Positions 46,868 through 48,498 of a stretch of DNA of 48,498 nt are shown here, piece by piece. Position 1 is the stretch's first letter; every line of letters starts with the position of its first letter. The notes under the pieces were generated by a model. That model was not told the origin of the DNA. It saw nothing but the letters and a program-made list of their open reading frames with translations, and made no database searches. Source of the stretch: Opitutales bacterium (GTDB lineage Bacteria; Verrucomicrobiota; Verrucomicrobiia; Opitutales; JABSRG01); contig JBMYOQ010000022.1 of the NCBI GenBank assembly GCA_049599475.1, positions 1 through 48,498 of the forward strand, read 5' to 3'. The position numbers and the translations under genes were made by a program.

Positions 46868-48388
46868 ATGCTCTATTTCGTCGCTTTCTGTATCGGACTC
46901 CTGATCGGGATAGTCCTGCTGACCAGCTTCGGAAGCACATGGGTCAAGAGAGCACAGAAGGAAGCAGACCGCATCAAAGAGCTCGCCCAGCGCGAAGCAG
47001 AGCTCGAACTAAAGGATACGAAAAACCAACTCAGGGCTCAACTGGATCAGGGTCGCAGCCAAATAGAGGCAGAGCGCATCAAGCGTTTGGCCGAGCTCGG
47101 AGAGCAAAACGAGGACATCAAGATCAAGACTCAAGCCCTCGAAGCCGAGAAGGCTGAGGTCGCAAAGAGAGAATCCGAGATTTCCGAGAAAGAAACCGCC
47201 TTGGACGCTGCGAAGAATGAGGCAGTCAAAATGGAGCGCCTCTACAAAATGAAGCTCCACCGTATCACTGAGATTTCCCACGAGGAGGCGAAGAAAGAGC
47301 TGCTCGAGGTCGAGAGCAAACGTATCCGCGACGAAATCCAAGACTATCGCCTGGAGAAACTGGCTCTTGGCGAAGATGAGGTGGACGCCGAGGCGAAGCG
47401 CATTGTGCTCGCAACCATGCAGCGGATTGCCAGCAATCCCACTCACGAGACCAGCGCAACCATCGTCAAACTGAACAACGAGGACGAAAAAGGTAAAATC
47501 ATCGGTCGCGAGGGACGCAATATCCGCACTTTCGAGGTAGCTACCGGCACCACCCTTCTCATCGATGACACTCCGGGCTCAGTCCTTGTATCTTCCTTTG
47601 ATCCAGTCCGTCGAGAAATTGCCCGCCAAGCCTTGGAGGCACTGCTCAAGGACGGCCGCCTGAATCCCGCCTCGATTGAAGATACCGTAGCCGAGAAAAA
47701 GGAAGACATGGATCGCTCCATCATGGAATGGGGTGAATCCGCTCTCCGCGAGTTGCGCCTATTCGATGTCGTTCCAGAGGTGATTCGCCTCATTGGCGGT
47801 CTCCATTATCGCCTTTCTAACAATCAAAACACTCTCGAGCACTCAATCGAGGTCGCCTTCATCAGCTCGCTCATCGCTTCGGAATTGGGCTTGGACCCCG
47901 TCATCGCGAAGCGCGCGGGCCTTTTCCATGATATGGGGAAATGTGTAGCCCATGAATATGAGGGCAGCCACGCAGCCGTCGCAGCGGAGATTCTAAAGCG
48001 CAATGGAGAAAATCCTATTGTCGTAAATGCGGTCGCCGCTCACCACGAAGAGGTCCCAGCGGAGAGCCCCTATGCAGGCCTGCTTATGGTAGCCGATGCA
48101 CTTTCGGCGGTTCGCCCAGGCGCTCGCTCCGACTCGCTCGATGGCTACCTCCGCCGCGTCCGGACTCTCGAAGATCTTGCAAAAAGTCACGACGGCGTGA
48201 AAGACGCGTATGCCATCCAGGCTGGACGGGAGATCCGTGTGATCGTCGAACCAGGCCGAGTAGACGATCCAGATGCACGTCGTCTAGCCCGCCTACTACG
48301 TAATCAGATCGAGGAAGAAATGCAGTTCCCGAATCCTGTAAAGATCACCGTGATTCGCGAAGCACGCTACATCGAGACAGCGAAGTAA
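46868..48388 (+). CDS. rny: Ribonuclease Y
   Basis: N-terminal TM, coiled coil, KH (KGKIIGREGRNIR), HD (HSIEV, FHDMGK), ADALSAVRPGAR, YAIQAGREIRV. Confidence 0.96.
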   Translation: MLYFVAFCIGLLIGIVLLTSFGSTWVKRAQKEADRIKELAQREAELELKDTKNQLRAQLDQGRSQIEAERIKRLAELGEQNEDIKIKTQALEAEKAEVAKRESEISEKETALDAAKNEAVKMERLYKMKLHRITEISHEEAKKELLEVESKRIRDEIQDYRLEKLALGEDEVDAEAKRIVLATMQRIASNPTHETSATIVKLNNEDEKGKIIGREGRNIRTFEVATGTTLLIDDTPGSVLVSSFDPVRREIARQALEALLKDGRLNPASIEDTVAEKKEDMDRSIMEWGESALRELRLFDVVPEVIRLIGGLHYRLSNNQNTLEHSIEVAFISSLIASELGLDPVIAKRAGLFHDMGKCVAHEYEGSHAAVAAEILKRNGENPIVVNAVAAHHEEVPAESPYAGLLMVADALSAVRPGARSDSLDGYLRRVRTLEDLAKSHDGVKDAYAIQAGREIRVIVEPGRVDDPDARRLARLLRNQIEEEMQFPNPVKITVIREARYIETAK

Positions 48389-48498
48389 GACCTGTAGAGC
48401 TCTCTAGATGTGCCTCTCCGGTTTTCCTAAAGTGTTTTTTTCAGGTAATACCGATTCTAAAAATTAAAGAGCCTTAAGGTTGTCTAAGAAGCGTTTAC

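Overview
A mostly housekeeping chromosomal segment that includes the probable replication origin. The host is inferred to be a Verrucomicrobiota (Opitutales-like) bacterium from the PEP-CTERM, DUF4114 and DUF1080 proteins, the hprK-lptCAB linkage, and the co-occurrence of rny and rng. The window opens at the end of an IS21-like element and a nest of REP/MITE-like inverted repeats. It then carries dnaA with an upstream DnaA-box region, hprK, lptBAC, an MscS channel, an orphan Cys-containing pilin-like gene, a cyclophilin, a UbiA-like/methyltransferase pair and a glutaredoxin. The most notable locus is an oversized, divergent glutamate synthase large subunit (1917 aa, two insertions, a C-terminal extension, altered FMN and 3Fe-4S motifs). 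It is followed not by gltD but by a CysJ-type diflavin reductase, with no sulfite/nitrite reductase hemoprotein gene nearby, so it is a candidate third electron-donor architecture for GOGAT. The rest holds two histidine kinases, coaB, an unannotated kinase-like protein, a MocR/TetR/PNPOx-like cluster with visible operators and two hidden small ORFs, fumC, a phytase, REP elements (one interrupted by a second element), a sigma54-type purine permease promoter, a candidate sRNA, rlmI, an S9 pseudo-peptidase, rng, rodA and rny. No rRNA, tRNA or CRISPR array was seen. All family calls come from motif recognition; no database searches were run.
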